DNA of 64,000 nucleotides from Eledone cirrhosa (lineage: Eukaryota): positions 153,698,001-153,762,000 of the forward strand of contig OZ024741.1 of assembly GCA_964016885.1 (NCBI GenBank). The letters run 5' to 3'. The notes below the pieces were generated by a model. It was not told where the DNA came from and did no database searches. It saw only the letters and a program-made list of their open reading frames with translations. A program made the translations under genes and the position numbers. Below, in pieces: positions 1 to 11,790 of this stretch; the first letter of the stretch is position 1, and each line of letters begins with the position of its first letter.

Positions 1-87
1 CTTTTGGCTTCTAACAAATTCACCAATCTCTCTTCTCCTCTCTTATCTCCATCTCTCTCTTTAAGATTGGTTTACTTTTGAACTGTG

Positions 88-119
<32 letters not shown>

Positions 120-1501
120 ATTAATCACAAGGTTGTGAGTTTGATTCTCGGGCTGGGTGATTGCTCTAGTTCACTCAGCTGTAGAAATGATGCTAAGCTG
201 TATCGGCCATTGCCCTTCACATGGACAACATCGGTGGCATGGAGAGGGGAGACTGGTAAGCATGGGCAACTGCTGGTCTTCCACAAATTAAACTTGTGCT
301 TCTAGGAGAGGAACTCTCTAGGTACAAATCCCATAGTCATTTGTCACCAAAGAGTGACAAATGACTATGGGATTTATACCTTTTATATGTATGTATGTCT
401 ATATATATGTGTGTATATATATACATATGTGTGTGTGAGCATGTTTGTGTGTATGTATAGGTGTGTGTGTGTATGTATGTATATGATTAAGTTATATCTG
501 TATGTACACAGAATAGAGGTAACTGAGTCAGAGTAAAAGTGTATATAAATTTAAACAAGGTGTATCGGACTTTGCCTTTCCCTTGGTCTACATTGGTGGT
601 GTTTGTCGCGATAGGCCTAGCAAGCCAGTGATGGGGAATAAACCTGATAACAAAAAACAAATAGGCCTCATTTTGGAGGTACTTCTGGACTGACGGGCCA
701 TAGTCCTACCTGGTGTTGGATGAAGAAGATGAAGACTATAAGTGATAGTAGGGGTGTATACGAAAGCATATATGATATGTTTATGTATAATGAATATATG
801 AGAGTCTTGCTATGAATGTTTTAAACTGTACTTATATCACAGTTATCTCTGTAACATGTGAGAATACCAGGCAGCTATTTCTGGATTTTTATCCTTCATT
901 ATTTATACACACACTCAATACTGAGATGAGAATATACTAAAACCTATATGGTTTTTGTGTATGGAATATTGGCTGGAGAAGTTCATTTGCATATTGTGAA
1001 AATAAAACAATGGCTTGTGATACTTATTTACATATAGTGAACATATCACCACCATCATTACCACAGTGGACAATGTGAGAGAATGCTCTCTGCTGTGCAG
1101 AACCTCAAGTGTATGCTGTCTCATAGTCCCAGCAGACAGAATAGAGAAACCATTACTCCAGAAGCTAGCATGGGACATGTATTGACATAGCCATTGCAAT
1201 TCATTGGACTCACTCCTGTGTGTGGACAATATTGATATGTTCAATGACAAACCTATTCAAAAGTGGTTAATACTTTATAAGCTTGCAATCTTCATCTTGT
1301 TGGGCAACACAGCCTGAGTCTGTTTTATTCTTTCAGTTATTAGATTGCAGCAATGCCAATGTATTACCTTTAAAGGATTTAATCAATCATATTGACTTTT
1401 GGATTTATTTTTTAAGTCTGGTATTTCTAATGAAATATATTGCATTTAAATTAATTAATGAAGAATTTGGAGGGATTTGTAAAAGTTATTAATTATTTTA
1501 A

Positions 1502-1722
1502 GGGCAGTAGATTGGCAGAATAAGTACAGCATCAGACACCATGCTTTGCAGCAGAGAGTTATGGCCCTTTACATTCTGAGTTCAAATCCCACTGAGGTTA
1601 GCTCTGCCTTTCATCCTTATGAGGTCGATAAAATAAAGTACCAGTCACACACTGGGGTTGATTTAATTGACTTTCCTCTCCCCTTCAAATTGCTGGCCTG
1701 GTGCCTAAAGTAGAAACAATTA
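1502..1722 (+). mobile_element. tRNA-derived SINE family A (central GCCTTTCATCC...GGTCGATAAAATAAAGTACCAG domain)
   Basis: GGGCAGTAGATTGGCAGAAT (A-box-like) ... GAGTTCAAATCCC (B-box). Homologous copies at 7794-7985(-), 9944-10125(-), 16530-16740(+), 46068-46290(+), 48948-49505(+), 52555-52760(+), 55985-56175(+), 57620-57915(-). Confidence 0.8.
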
Positions 1723-2318
1723 TTAAGATGATATTTGTAACATATCTTAACAAATTCTTCTCATAAAATTATGTTGAATGTTTTTAATTTGATTGCCAGA
1801 TACCAAGATATCTCTACTCAAAAACACCAGTTATATTAACTAAATCACTCCAAATTTTGGATTAATTAAAAAAATTATTTGAAAATCATAGGTAGAATCA
1901 CTGGAAATATGGTAATGAAAGGTGAATATGAATATTCTTTTTATCTCATAGAACCAGAGGTGATTTTGGGTGCATTTATTTCAATAGGATTAAATCCTTG
2001 CCATTAATAATGTTCAATGATTTGTATTTGGTTGTGAAGCCAAGCAAAGCAGTATGACTGCTTTAGCTGTGAGAACAATATATACAGATTGTTTCGTTCA
2101 CATTAGTAACAACCACAGTAGTTATTGAATCTTAAACTGTGTAAACACTGGTATTACTAATGGAGGTCACAGATGATTGACTGACAATGAAAATATTGAG
2201 TGGAATTCCATATTTTACAGCTAGAATTATAAAATAATAGAAGTTCACATAGAAAGGTTATTTGTATGAGATTATACAGTTGGGGACAAGTCTCTGTTAT
2301 TTAGAGTCTTATATATAT

Positions 2319-3863
2319 ACTAACAGAGGTACTGCTTGGGTATTAAATAGCAGTTATGTATACCATTTATGTCAATACTTCAGTGCTGCTTCGAAAACTA
2401 TACTTTTACAAAATCATTAGCTTTTTCCAAAAGGGGGTTGCTGCCCCCAAGGGGTCCCCTACTCAATATGTGCCAATTCTGAGAGTTCACATTCATCTGT
2501 AGAACAAACGTAGCCCATGTGTCAAGTTTTGTGAAAATCGGTTGCGAACTCCAGAAGTTATGACGTTTTGTTGCATTGCACTGCAGTGCTTCAGTCGACT
2601 CCAAGAAAGCGGTTAAAGGAGGTTATCTGCTGGGAGCGTGTGTGTGTATGTATTTGTGTGTGCGTATGTATATGTATGCATATGTCTGTCAGCGCATATG
2701 TATGTACTGGCCTAAATCTTCACTATTTTCTTTTACTATTTTAATAACCTCTGTCATTTTCGTTTGCAATTTTATTTACATCATTCTTAAACTCCGGGGC
2801 TGGAAATCATTTGGTTATTTTAAATAGAATATTAGTCTAACGACTCCATTTATACCATAAACTTGGTCTTGTCTTTGCATTAAATTGTTCTTCTCGGTCC
2901 ACATAACAACGTATTATCCTCGTTTTTTTCGTTCATTGCTAGGGAATGTCTTCACGAACCAAAATATCGTCTTCCTGTTTTCCTTCGTTTGCAACGTTTC
3001 TCAAAATATTTACTTCTACGTTCACAGATTGAATTTTTTAGTTTCAGAAGATCCCGGTGTGTGCGAACATAAATATATATAACACACACAGTCACAGTAC
3101 GTCTTGTGTGAAAGAGAGAAAGAGACGTTAGGTTGAGGAAAGGGGAGAGTTGAACAGTGTGTAAAGAATAGATAAATAAATAAAAGTTAAAGTTCCTCAC
3201 TCTCTTTCTTTCTTTCTTAACCCCTCTCTCCCTTTTTTCTCATACCCTCTCTCTCTTTCTCTTGCTCTCTCCCACTCATACCCCCTCTCTCTCTCTTCCT
3301 CTACAGAATGGAGAACAATAAAGAACACGCAGATCTCTCTCCCTCTCTCCCTCTCTGTCTTTATATATATATATGTGTGTTTGTGTGTGTGAACCAGCAT
3401 TCGACACCATCCTCTCTCTCTCTCTCTCTATCTGAATATCTTGTACCTCTCTCTGTATAACGACCTATCTCACTCTCTCTCTCTACATCTCCCTTTCTCT
3501 CTTTAGATGTATATATGTGTGTGTGTGTGTGTGAACCAGCGTTCGTCGCCATTCTCTCTCTCTCTCTGTCTGAATATCTTGTACCTCTCTCTGTATAACG
3601 ACCTATCTCACTCTCTCTCTCTACATCTCCCTTTCTCTCTTTAGATGTATATATATATGTGTGTGTGTGTAGTTTTCGTGCAACCAGCCAACCAATATTT
3701 ATCTAGGGGCCGCATTAACAAAAACTTGAAACTTTTATGAGTCCAAAACACTCCTGGGAACATAACGCATGTTTGTTCCAAGTTGGAAGCGATTCTTTGC
3801 TTAAACTTTTATATATATATAGATATATATATGTATATGTGTATATATGTGTGTATATATGTA

Positions 3864-3899
<36 letters not shown>

Positions 3900-4204
3900 A
3901 GTATATATGTGTGTGTGTGTATGTGAGAATGTAGTGAAGATAATACGTCAGCAATGACGTGTTCGTCAGAATGTCGTTATGCAGACAGCCAGACATACAG
4001 ACAGATATTATAAGAGCTCGACGGAGATGGATAACCGGCGCCTAACACTCCTTTAACAACAGAAAATTGAAAAATAAAAGCTGCAGTTAATATCTTTAGA
4101 CCGCAAGGATTATATAAATGCAAGTTTGAAGTCAACCGGAGTAGAAATGTGGATTTGTATAGACTTTGCAAAAATGAGGACACACACACAGACAACATCA
4201 GTTT

Positions 4205-4225
<21 letters not shown>
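2319..4225 (-). mobile_element. Degenerate/composite non-autonomous Helitron
   Basis: Left end ACTAACAGAGGTAC resembles the ACTAGCAGTGGTAC end of the 32187 Helitron. Right end CAGACAACATCAGTTTTATATATA resembles its 5' end. Shares the internal block GCAGACAGCCAGACATACAGACAGATATTATAAG. Boundaries approximate. Confidence 0.5.
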
Positions 4226-4235
<10 letters not shown>

Positions 4236-4494
4236 TACGTACAGAATAAAATTAAGGATATGGAAAGAAGGTAGGGCAGGAGTGTGAGTTGTTTCAGAGA
4301 GAAGAAGGGGACTTAACATGCACATGCACACATCCTCCTTCTCCTTCTCCTCATCATCATCATTATCATCCTCATCATCGTTATTATCTTCATCATCATT
4401 GTCATCCTTCTCATCATCAACAAGTTTAAGTGAAATATAAACTCATATGGAGACAAGTGTCTCTATATCAATACATTATAGTGCCTTAGAAATG

Positions 4495-4576
4495 GGCCAG
4501 CTGAAGATGTTGTGTCATGGGTTGCATCATGGTATCATGAAATAACCATTTCATCACAGAAATACGTATTATGGTT
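4495..4576 (+). ncRNA. Degenerate type I hammerhead ribozyme
   Basis: GGCCAG-CTGAAGA-(long imperfect hairpin around CATG-GTAT-CATG)-GAAA-TACGTA-TT-ATGGTT. Palindromic stem III; stem I weak, with a mismatch next to the core. Confidence 0.55.
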
Positions 4577-5514
4577 AATTGTGTAATTAAAGAAGTTATG
4601 AAATCTAACCTTTGTATTGTATTATTAATGTGTTTAACTGATTCTTGCTCTACCCATGTGATACCATATCAAAATTGATGGAATACACCTGATATTGAGT
4701 GCTTTGAATTTAATGCACCATGATTTGGTAATTGGAGCAACACAATCACATCCCCAGCTAGCAATTAGGAAACATCCTATAATACAAATATATATCAAAT
4801 ATATATATATATAAGGACTGGGAGGACCCTTTAGTTGTGCCATGGCATGACAGCCTTCCTAGTGCTGGTGATCTACACAATAAAAGCACCCAGTACATGC
4901 TGTGAGGTGGTTGCTGTTGGGAGGGGTATCCAGCTATAGAAAGCTCGCCAAACAAGGGGTTAGAAGGACCCTTTAGTTTGTGTCAAAAAACATGACAACT
5001 TCTCTGCACTCAATATGAGTAATAAAATAATAATTTTAGTAAATGCCATGTAATGAGACTGAACCTGAAACCATGTGGTTTAGAAGAGAACCTCTTAACC
5101 ATATAGCCATGCCAGTGCATATATGATTAAAGTGTTTTCCTACTTGTCATATTCAGCCGGTGAAACTCTGTATCATCATCATTATCTCCATCATCATCAT
5201 CATCATCATCATCTCCATGTTATCATCTTTTAACGTCCATCATTCCTGTTAACAAGAGTTAGACAGGTCTTCACAGACTAAGTCAGTACTTAAGCAGAAA
5301 CACAAACCCCTTGGACAGGCTATCTACACTATATGCAGAGCACTTCCCTCAGGTATTCCCCACCCCCCACCCTTTGTTAACATCAGTACATTATTGATCT
5401 GACCATTCTTCGTCTAGCCAAACATGCGGAGTGAACGAACATGTAAGACTCTGTTTGTTTGTGTCTATGTGTGTATATATATATATTCCTTCTTTACCTC
5501 TAATGGCAAACTTC

Positions 5515-6730
5515 CAAACTTCAGGACTGGCACTACCAATGTGAGTATAATGAAAGGAAGAACAGGTGAGATTGAAGAGATGCTAGAGTGAAAGAAAATT
5601 GATGTATGCTGTGTACAAGATACTAGATGGAGAGGAGAATCAACTAGAGCCCTGGTAGGCAAAAAACAGTGTTATAAATTTTTCTGGGTGGGAATGACAA
5701 TGGGCTGGGGGAAGTAGGTATTTTATTAGCTGAAAAATGGGTAAGGTAATCTCAGTAAATCGAATGATTGAGAAAACCACTAAATTTAGATTAGTTATAA
5801 ATAGAACAATGGTTACAATTATATCTGCATACGCACCTCAATCTGTGTTGTGAGACAAACTAAAAGACAGGTTTTATAAATCCCTAATACACACTACTAT
5901 CCTAATGAATGACAATGACTTCCCAATCATTGCAGGGGACTTTAATGGACATGTTGGACAACACTGTGATGGCTTCTACAGAGTCCATGGAGGCTATGGG
6001 TTTTGTGCAAGAAACAAAGAATGTTTCAGGCTTCTAGAATTCTACAACGGCAATGATCTATATATATGCAACACAAACTTTAAAAAGCCTAACAACCACC
6101 TAATTACTTTTAGATCCGGTGGGCACGCTAGTCAGATAGACTTTATCTTTACCAGAGGATGAGATAGAGTGACGATTGTAAACACAAAATCTTTGAAACA
6201 GAAGGCAACCTGGAGGAGAAGGATATGAAAGTTAAAAGAGTCCTCAGCCAGTAACAAATTCAGAGGTATTTTTCTTGCTGCTTACGACAGTGAAGAAGAA
6301 CAAATAGAGACATTCAATATAGAGAAGCATTGGGAGTTCCTGAAAGATAATCTACTGAAGGTGACAGATGAGATCTGTGGCTGGAGCATGGCTATAGAGA
6401 GAAGGGGGGCGACTTGGTGGTGGAACAGTAAGGTAGATGAGACAATTAAGGCCAAGAGACAGGCATGGAAAAAGTAGAAGAATGAGGGAAGCCAGGAAGG
6501 AAGCTAGGTGAAAAGTATGCTTTGCAAGGAGAGAAGCAGAAGATAAAAAATTTAAGCTTGTTTTGCGGCGTGAAGACCAGAGGCATAAGGTGTTTAGGTG
6601 TCAGGGAAAATTGTGATATCATTGGAGAGAAGTGTGTCCGAGATGATAAAGGCTCACTTGCCCTCATGGGTGCTGAAAAGAAAGTAACATGGAAGAGCCA
6701 TTATGAAAGATTACTAAAGGAGGAGATCTT
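5515..6730 (+). pseudogene. Decayed RTE LINE fragment (APE endonuclease and linker)
   Basis: Frames read TTNVSIMKGR..IDVCCVQDTRWRG, IIAGDFNGHVG, ICNTNFKK, SQIDFIFTR, CVRDDKGSLA..WKSHYERLL. Many stops and frameshifts. The 3' part is homologous to the 11821 ORF. Confidence 0.85.
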
Positions 6731-7793
6731 TGGCATTATGCAGTAATACAGAAGACCTGTGTGCAGGTTGAAGTATACGCCACCTTCACCTCCCTCACCC
6801 ATGCCCTAGATCTAGCTACCCAATCCCCATGCCTAGACTGCAAATCAACAACACTAGAGAGATTGTTATGTCTTTGACACAACTGAAGAGTCCACCCAAC
6901 CCTTTGGCAGTTTTCTAGTGGGTAACCTTGCTATCCCTAACAATGTTACAGAGTGTACTTGGTGTGTTTATCATGTCACAAACACAAGGGAGGTTGTCAT
7001 ATTTATGGCACAGCTGAAAAGTCCTCGCAACCTTTTTTTAAGAAGTTTTTTATGGCTAGATGCCCTCCTATCACCAACCACTTTACTGAGTATACTAGGT
7101 GACACGACAAAAAGCACCCAGTCCATGCTGTAAAGTGGTCATGTAGGAGACACGGTAAGAAGGTTCCCAGTCCACACTGTAAATGTGGTTGGTGTTAGGA
7201 AGGGCATCAAGCCATAGAAAACCTGCCAGAAACAGTACTGTACGAGTGAGACACGGTCACCTGACCAATCTTGCCTCAAGTGGGACAAACCCGTCCAACC
7301 CATGCTAGCGTGGAAGATGGACGTTAAATGATGATGATGATGATAATGATCACCAACACTAGGGAGGTTGTCATGTCTTTGACACAACTGAAAAGTCTTC
7401 CTGATCCTTAACTAATATTAATATTAATTTCACAGCTAGCATCCCTTACCACACACATATTGCTATTTGCTCTACTACTCCCCCTCTACTATCGCTCCTT
7501 AGTAACTATTCTCACTATCATTGTACTCGCCCCTTTACCCAAGATCATACAACCCAGTCATAGCTCCTTTAGCATCTGTTCTCATCATAATTGTACCCTC
7601 TCACCTATTCTATCTGAAGTCACCACCACACCTTCCCTCTCTTAAATCACCTGCCAAATCTACCACAATTGTCATTCACCTATGACATACATGGATATAT
7701 ATATATATATATATATTTGTTTTGCGAGGTTTTTGATATGAAATCGTGTGTCGAAACAAATATTGTTATACTTGGGAAGAGTCATATTGTTGT

Positions 7794-7985
7794 AATAATT
7801 GTTTCTACTTTAGGCACAAGGCCAGCAATTATCCAGTGCATTACTGGTACTTTATTTTATCGACCCCGTAAGGATGAAAGGCAAAGTCAACCTCGGCGGG
7901 ATTTGAACTCAGATCGTAAAGGGACGTAACTATGCTGGAAAGCATGGCGTCCGACCCTCCACCGATACTGCCAATCCACCGCCCT
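7794..7985 (-). mobile_element. SINE family A copy
   Basis: Near-identical to 9944-10125; reverse complement of the 1502 family. Confidence 0.8.
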
Positions 7986-8158
7986 ATATTGTAATAATAT
8001 TGCCAGAAATAATAACAGAACACACTCACTGTTTGGTTGGTTTTTGCTTCTGTATCTTTTATATCTCCACAGTTAATTCATTTGGTCCTCAATGTTTATC
8101 ATTGACTGACAAATGGTCAAAAATACAGATATAAATACATATATATAGTCTAACAAAC

Positions 8159-8316
8159 TTAAGTCAGTATTGTTTGTTTGGGTGTTGTTGTTATTCCATT
8201 CATTTTTTTCTGTTTAGCTTTGGCTTTCTAAGCTCTATTTCGCTTAGAAAGCCAAAGCTAAACAAAAAAAAATGAAAGGAATAACAACAACACCCAAACA
8301 AACAATACTGACTTAA
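8159..8316. repeat. Near-perfect hairpin, ~75-bp arms, 8-nt loop
   Basis: TTAAGTCAGTATTGTTTGTTTGGGTG...TTTCTAAGC-tctatttc-GCTTAGAAA...CACCCAAACAAACAATACTGACTTAA. Confidence 0.9.
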
Positions 8317-9941
8317 AACAACTACAAGTGAAGTACCTAGCTAAAAGTAAACCCCTCTACTTAGCTTTTGTTGACTTGGAGAAAGCCTTTGACAGAGTCC
8401 CCTGCTCCATTATCTGGTGGGCTCTTAGAAAACTAGGTGTAGATGAATGGCTTGTGAGAGCTTTACAAGCCATGTATAAAGAAACAGTCAGCAAGGTTAG
8501 AATTAACAATGAATATAGTGAAGAATTTAGCGTAAAAGTTGGTGTTCATCAAGGCTCTATCCTTAGCCCCCTCCTATTTATTATTGCCCTTCAGGCTATA
8601 ACAGAAGAGTCCAAGACTGGCTGCCCATGGGAACTTCTATATGCAGATGATCTAACTCTCATAGCTGAATCGATGGCTGAACTAGAGAAAAAATTCCAAA
8701 CATAGAAGCATGGCCTAGAATCAAAAGGCCTTAAAGTTAACTTGTCTAAGACTAAAGTTCTAGTATGTAGAAGGGAAAATAGGACACAAATGCGCTCTGG
8801 GAAATGGCCATGCTCAGTGTGTAGGAAAGGAGTAGGCAGAAATTCCATTTTATGTCCCAAATGCAAACTATGGGTACATAAAAGATGTAGTGGGATCACA
8901 GGTAAGCTATCTAAGAATGTAGATTTTATATGTGGCCGATGCTCAGGTGCAATAAGTAGCAAGTGCCCACAGGATACTAGCTCCTTCTATTGCCCAGATG
9001 GTTCTATAGAAATAGTGGACACTTTCTGTTACCTGGATGAAAAAATCAGCAGTGGTGGAGGGTGTTCTGAAAGTACAGTAGCCAGAGTCAGAACGGGATG
9101 GAAAAAGTTCAGAGAGCTTATACCACTATTGGCCACTAAAGGTTTCTCTCTAAAAATGAAAGGCAGATTGTATGATGCCTGTATACGAACAGCGGACCTG
9201 CACAGACTGGAGAGGAATGAAGCATACATGCTCCGTTGGATGTGTAATAGTAATATATGTGAATATATAAGTGAGAAATTAGGAATAAGAAGGATCAGAT
9301 GCTGTTTACTCAAGGGAAGACTACGTTGGTATGGTCACGTGATGCGCATGAAAGATGGCAGCTGTATAAAAAAGTGCAGGGCGATCAAAATTGATGGAAG
9401 TTACGGAGAGGTAGACACAGAAAAACCTGGGATGATTTGATAAATTACGACCTTACACACTTACACCTCTCTGAGACAATGTCATTGGACCGAGATCTTT
9501 GGCGCCACGCAGTAATACAGAAGACACGCCTTGCCTATGTATCAAAGCGAAACCTAGTCTGTAGGCACCTCTTAACCAAATATACACCCCAACCCACTAC
9601 CCCTACTCCACCCTCCCACTCTCACCAACACCACCCCTTTCTCTGTAAAGTTATGTTGGTACTACAACATCCAGTCCAAAATAAATGAGTTTGTGTAGGT
9701 GTCAAGACAAAAAAAACACACAGTCCATGCTGTAATGTGGCCGTGTAGGTAACATGGTAAAAACTTCCCAGCCCACACTGTAAATGTGGTTGGTGTTAGG
9801 AAGGGCATCCAGCCGTAGAAAATCTGCCAGACAGTCCTATACGAGCGAGACATGGTGACCCGGCCAATCTTACCTCAAGTGGGACAATTCCCGTTTAAAC
9901 CCATGCTAGCGTGGAAGATAGACGTTAAACGATGATGATGA
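8317..9941 (+). mobile_element. 5'-truncated decayed RTE LINE (RT, PHD finger, 3' UTR, (GAT)n tail)
   Basis: ORFs 8328-8705 (LAFVDLEKAFDRV, GVHQGSILSPLLF, LLYADDL) and 8742-9440, split by a stop. Colinear with 12923-14594. Confidence 0.93.
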
Positions 9942-9943
9942 TT

Positions 9944-10125
9944 ATAATTGTTTCTACTTTAGGCACAAGGCCAGCAATTATCCAGTGCATTACTGGTACT
10001 TTATTTTATCGACCCCGTAAGGATGAAAGGCAAAGTCAACCTCGGTGGGATTTGAACTCAGATCGTAAAGGGACGTAACTATGTTGGAAAGCATGGCGTC
10101 CGACCCTCTACCGATACTGCCAATC
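9944..10125 (-). mobile_element. SINE family A copy
   Basis: Near-identical to 7794-7985; abuts the RTE tail. Confidence 0.8.
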
Positions 10126-10369
10126 GATTATAATGATGAATGCTTACAGAATGAAAATATAGACACAAATAATATATACAATACTTAATGAATACTTCTT
10201 ACAGAATGAAAGTTTAAACACATATAATAAATACAGTTAATTATTGCTAGGAAGCTTATAAATATAAAATAAAGATATATGATCAAAGTGAGAGAAAAAA
10301 AAACAAACAAAAAATCCCCATCAATTCACCACCAAGTGCATCAATCTGTCACACACCACAAAGGTCAAT

Positions 10370-11440
10370 GGAAATTTTTGAGGCAAGCCAACACACTCGC
10401 AGCATTACCGTGGGTGATAAGTAGGCTAAGGCCCTGAAACAACCAGGTATCCTCATGGGCATCACCTGACACTTCGGTAAGCCGAACCGCTGACAATGAC
10501 AAGACCATCTGGTCTCTTCCCATCAATTCTGGATAATCCAGCTGGCTCCAGAACTGGGGGTATATTTACCTGAGCTAAGGCCCACTTAATGATCAAGTTT
10601 AGCTTGGTTTGGTGGGTGAAGTGACCAGCATTCAGGTAGCAAGACAAACCATAGAGGCCAGTGGAGGCGAGGGGCCTACCACAGCAATATCTCAAACCCC
10701 TACAGACATCGGCTCTCACTCGGAATGCAATGGAGATGGGGGAGTTTGTCCAAACTGAGAAGACCAACAATGTTGGTCACAGGCAGGGCATCAACCCAGT
10801 CCCCCGGGAATTTTGCACTTGCAGAAAGTAAGCGACACTTGGAAAATTGATCAGAGTGATCAAAGAGAGAGTTGAAGGTGTCACTCGAATGCAGATTGTC
10901 TCATACTCTCTGCTTCCATCCATCCTCGTCAGTATCACAAACTGAGAAACCCACTTCCCTCCACTGTAGTAAAGCTTCATACATTTCCCTGGTGGAACTA
11001 GTCTATGTTAGAAATGAGAGGATGTCATCTACTAAAGGGGAGCAAGCATAGATGGAGGAAAGAAAGCAAGGTAGAGACAGAGACGAGCATTTACACAGAC
11101 CAAGAGCTCCAAACTGTTTGGGCAAGGCAGCCTGGTCAAGAGACTCTGAAGAGAGCCTGACATTGACCAAGCTGTTGAGTTCACTGAAGATTAAGTTGTC
11201 AAAGCGTTGGAGAGACAAGAATCTGTAAGAGGGACTAACTCTGAGGAAATACAACTTAGGAATTGACATTTAATTCCTAAGCATAAAAAAACCTTGGTGA
11301 GGCTCAATAGCCTCGAGGTTTTTTTAAAAGTTGCTCGAAGTTAGCCAACTTAAGTCGAAAGATGAACTCAAAGGCTTGGTCAGTAAATGAGGCTCCAGGG
11401 GAGTACCACACTGATAAGGGAGGAACAATAATAGAGGGAA
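10370..11440 (-). pseudogene. Decayed non-LTR retrotransposon with restriction-like endonuclease (CRE-like)
   Basis: Minus frames: IPKLYFLRVSP, QAALPKQFGALGL, IPPVLEPAGLSRIDGKRPDGL (PD motif), ITHGNAASVL. These motifs are typical of the C-terminus of CRE-type ORFs. Frameshifted. Confidence 0.7.
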
Positions 11441-11790
11441 AGGACTCTTTGAAATATACTCATGGTTGAACTTGGCTCAGAAACACTAGATCCTGCTTGG
11501 ATCAGACCATTGAGCCGCACAGATGAGATGATGCAAGATGGAATTGCTGAGTAAAAGGAGCCGATAATAGTGCATATACATGTGTTAGCATGTATGCTTT
11601 TAAAATGTATGACTATATATGTACAAACATGTAAATGTATGTGTTTGTGGATGTAGTGGAATCTTTCTGTTTTAAATATTGACTAAGTTTTAAATATATT
11701 GAGGTAAAAAAGAAAAAAAATCACATTGTAGATAGAATAATTTTATTCTCCTCACGTTGCAGATCTAAAAAAAAATTAAAACATATTGAA

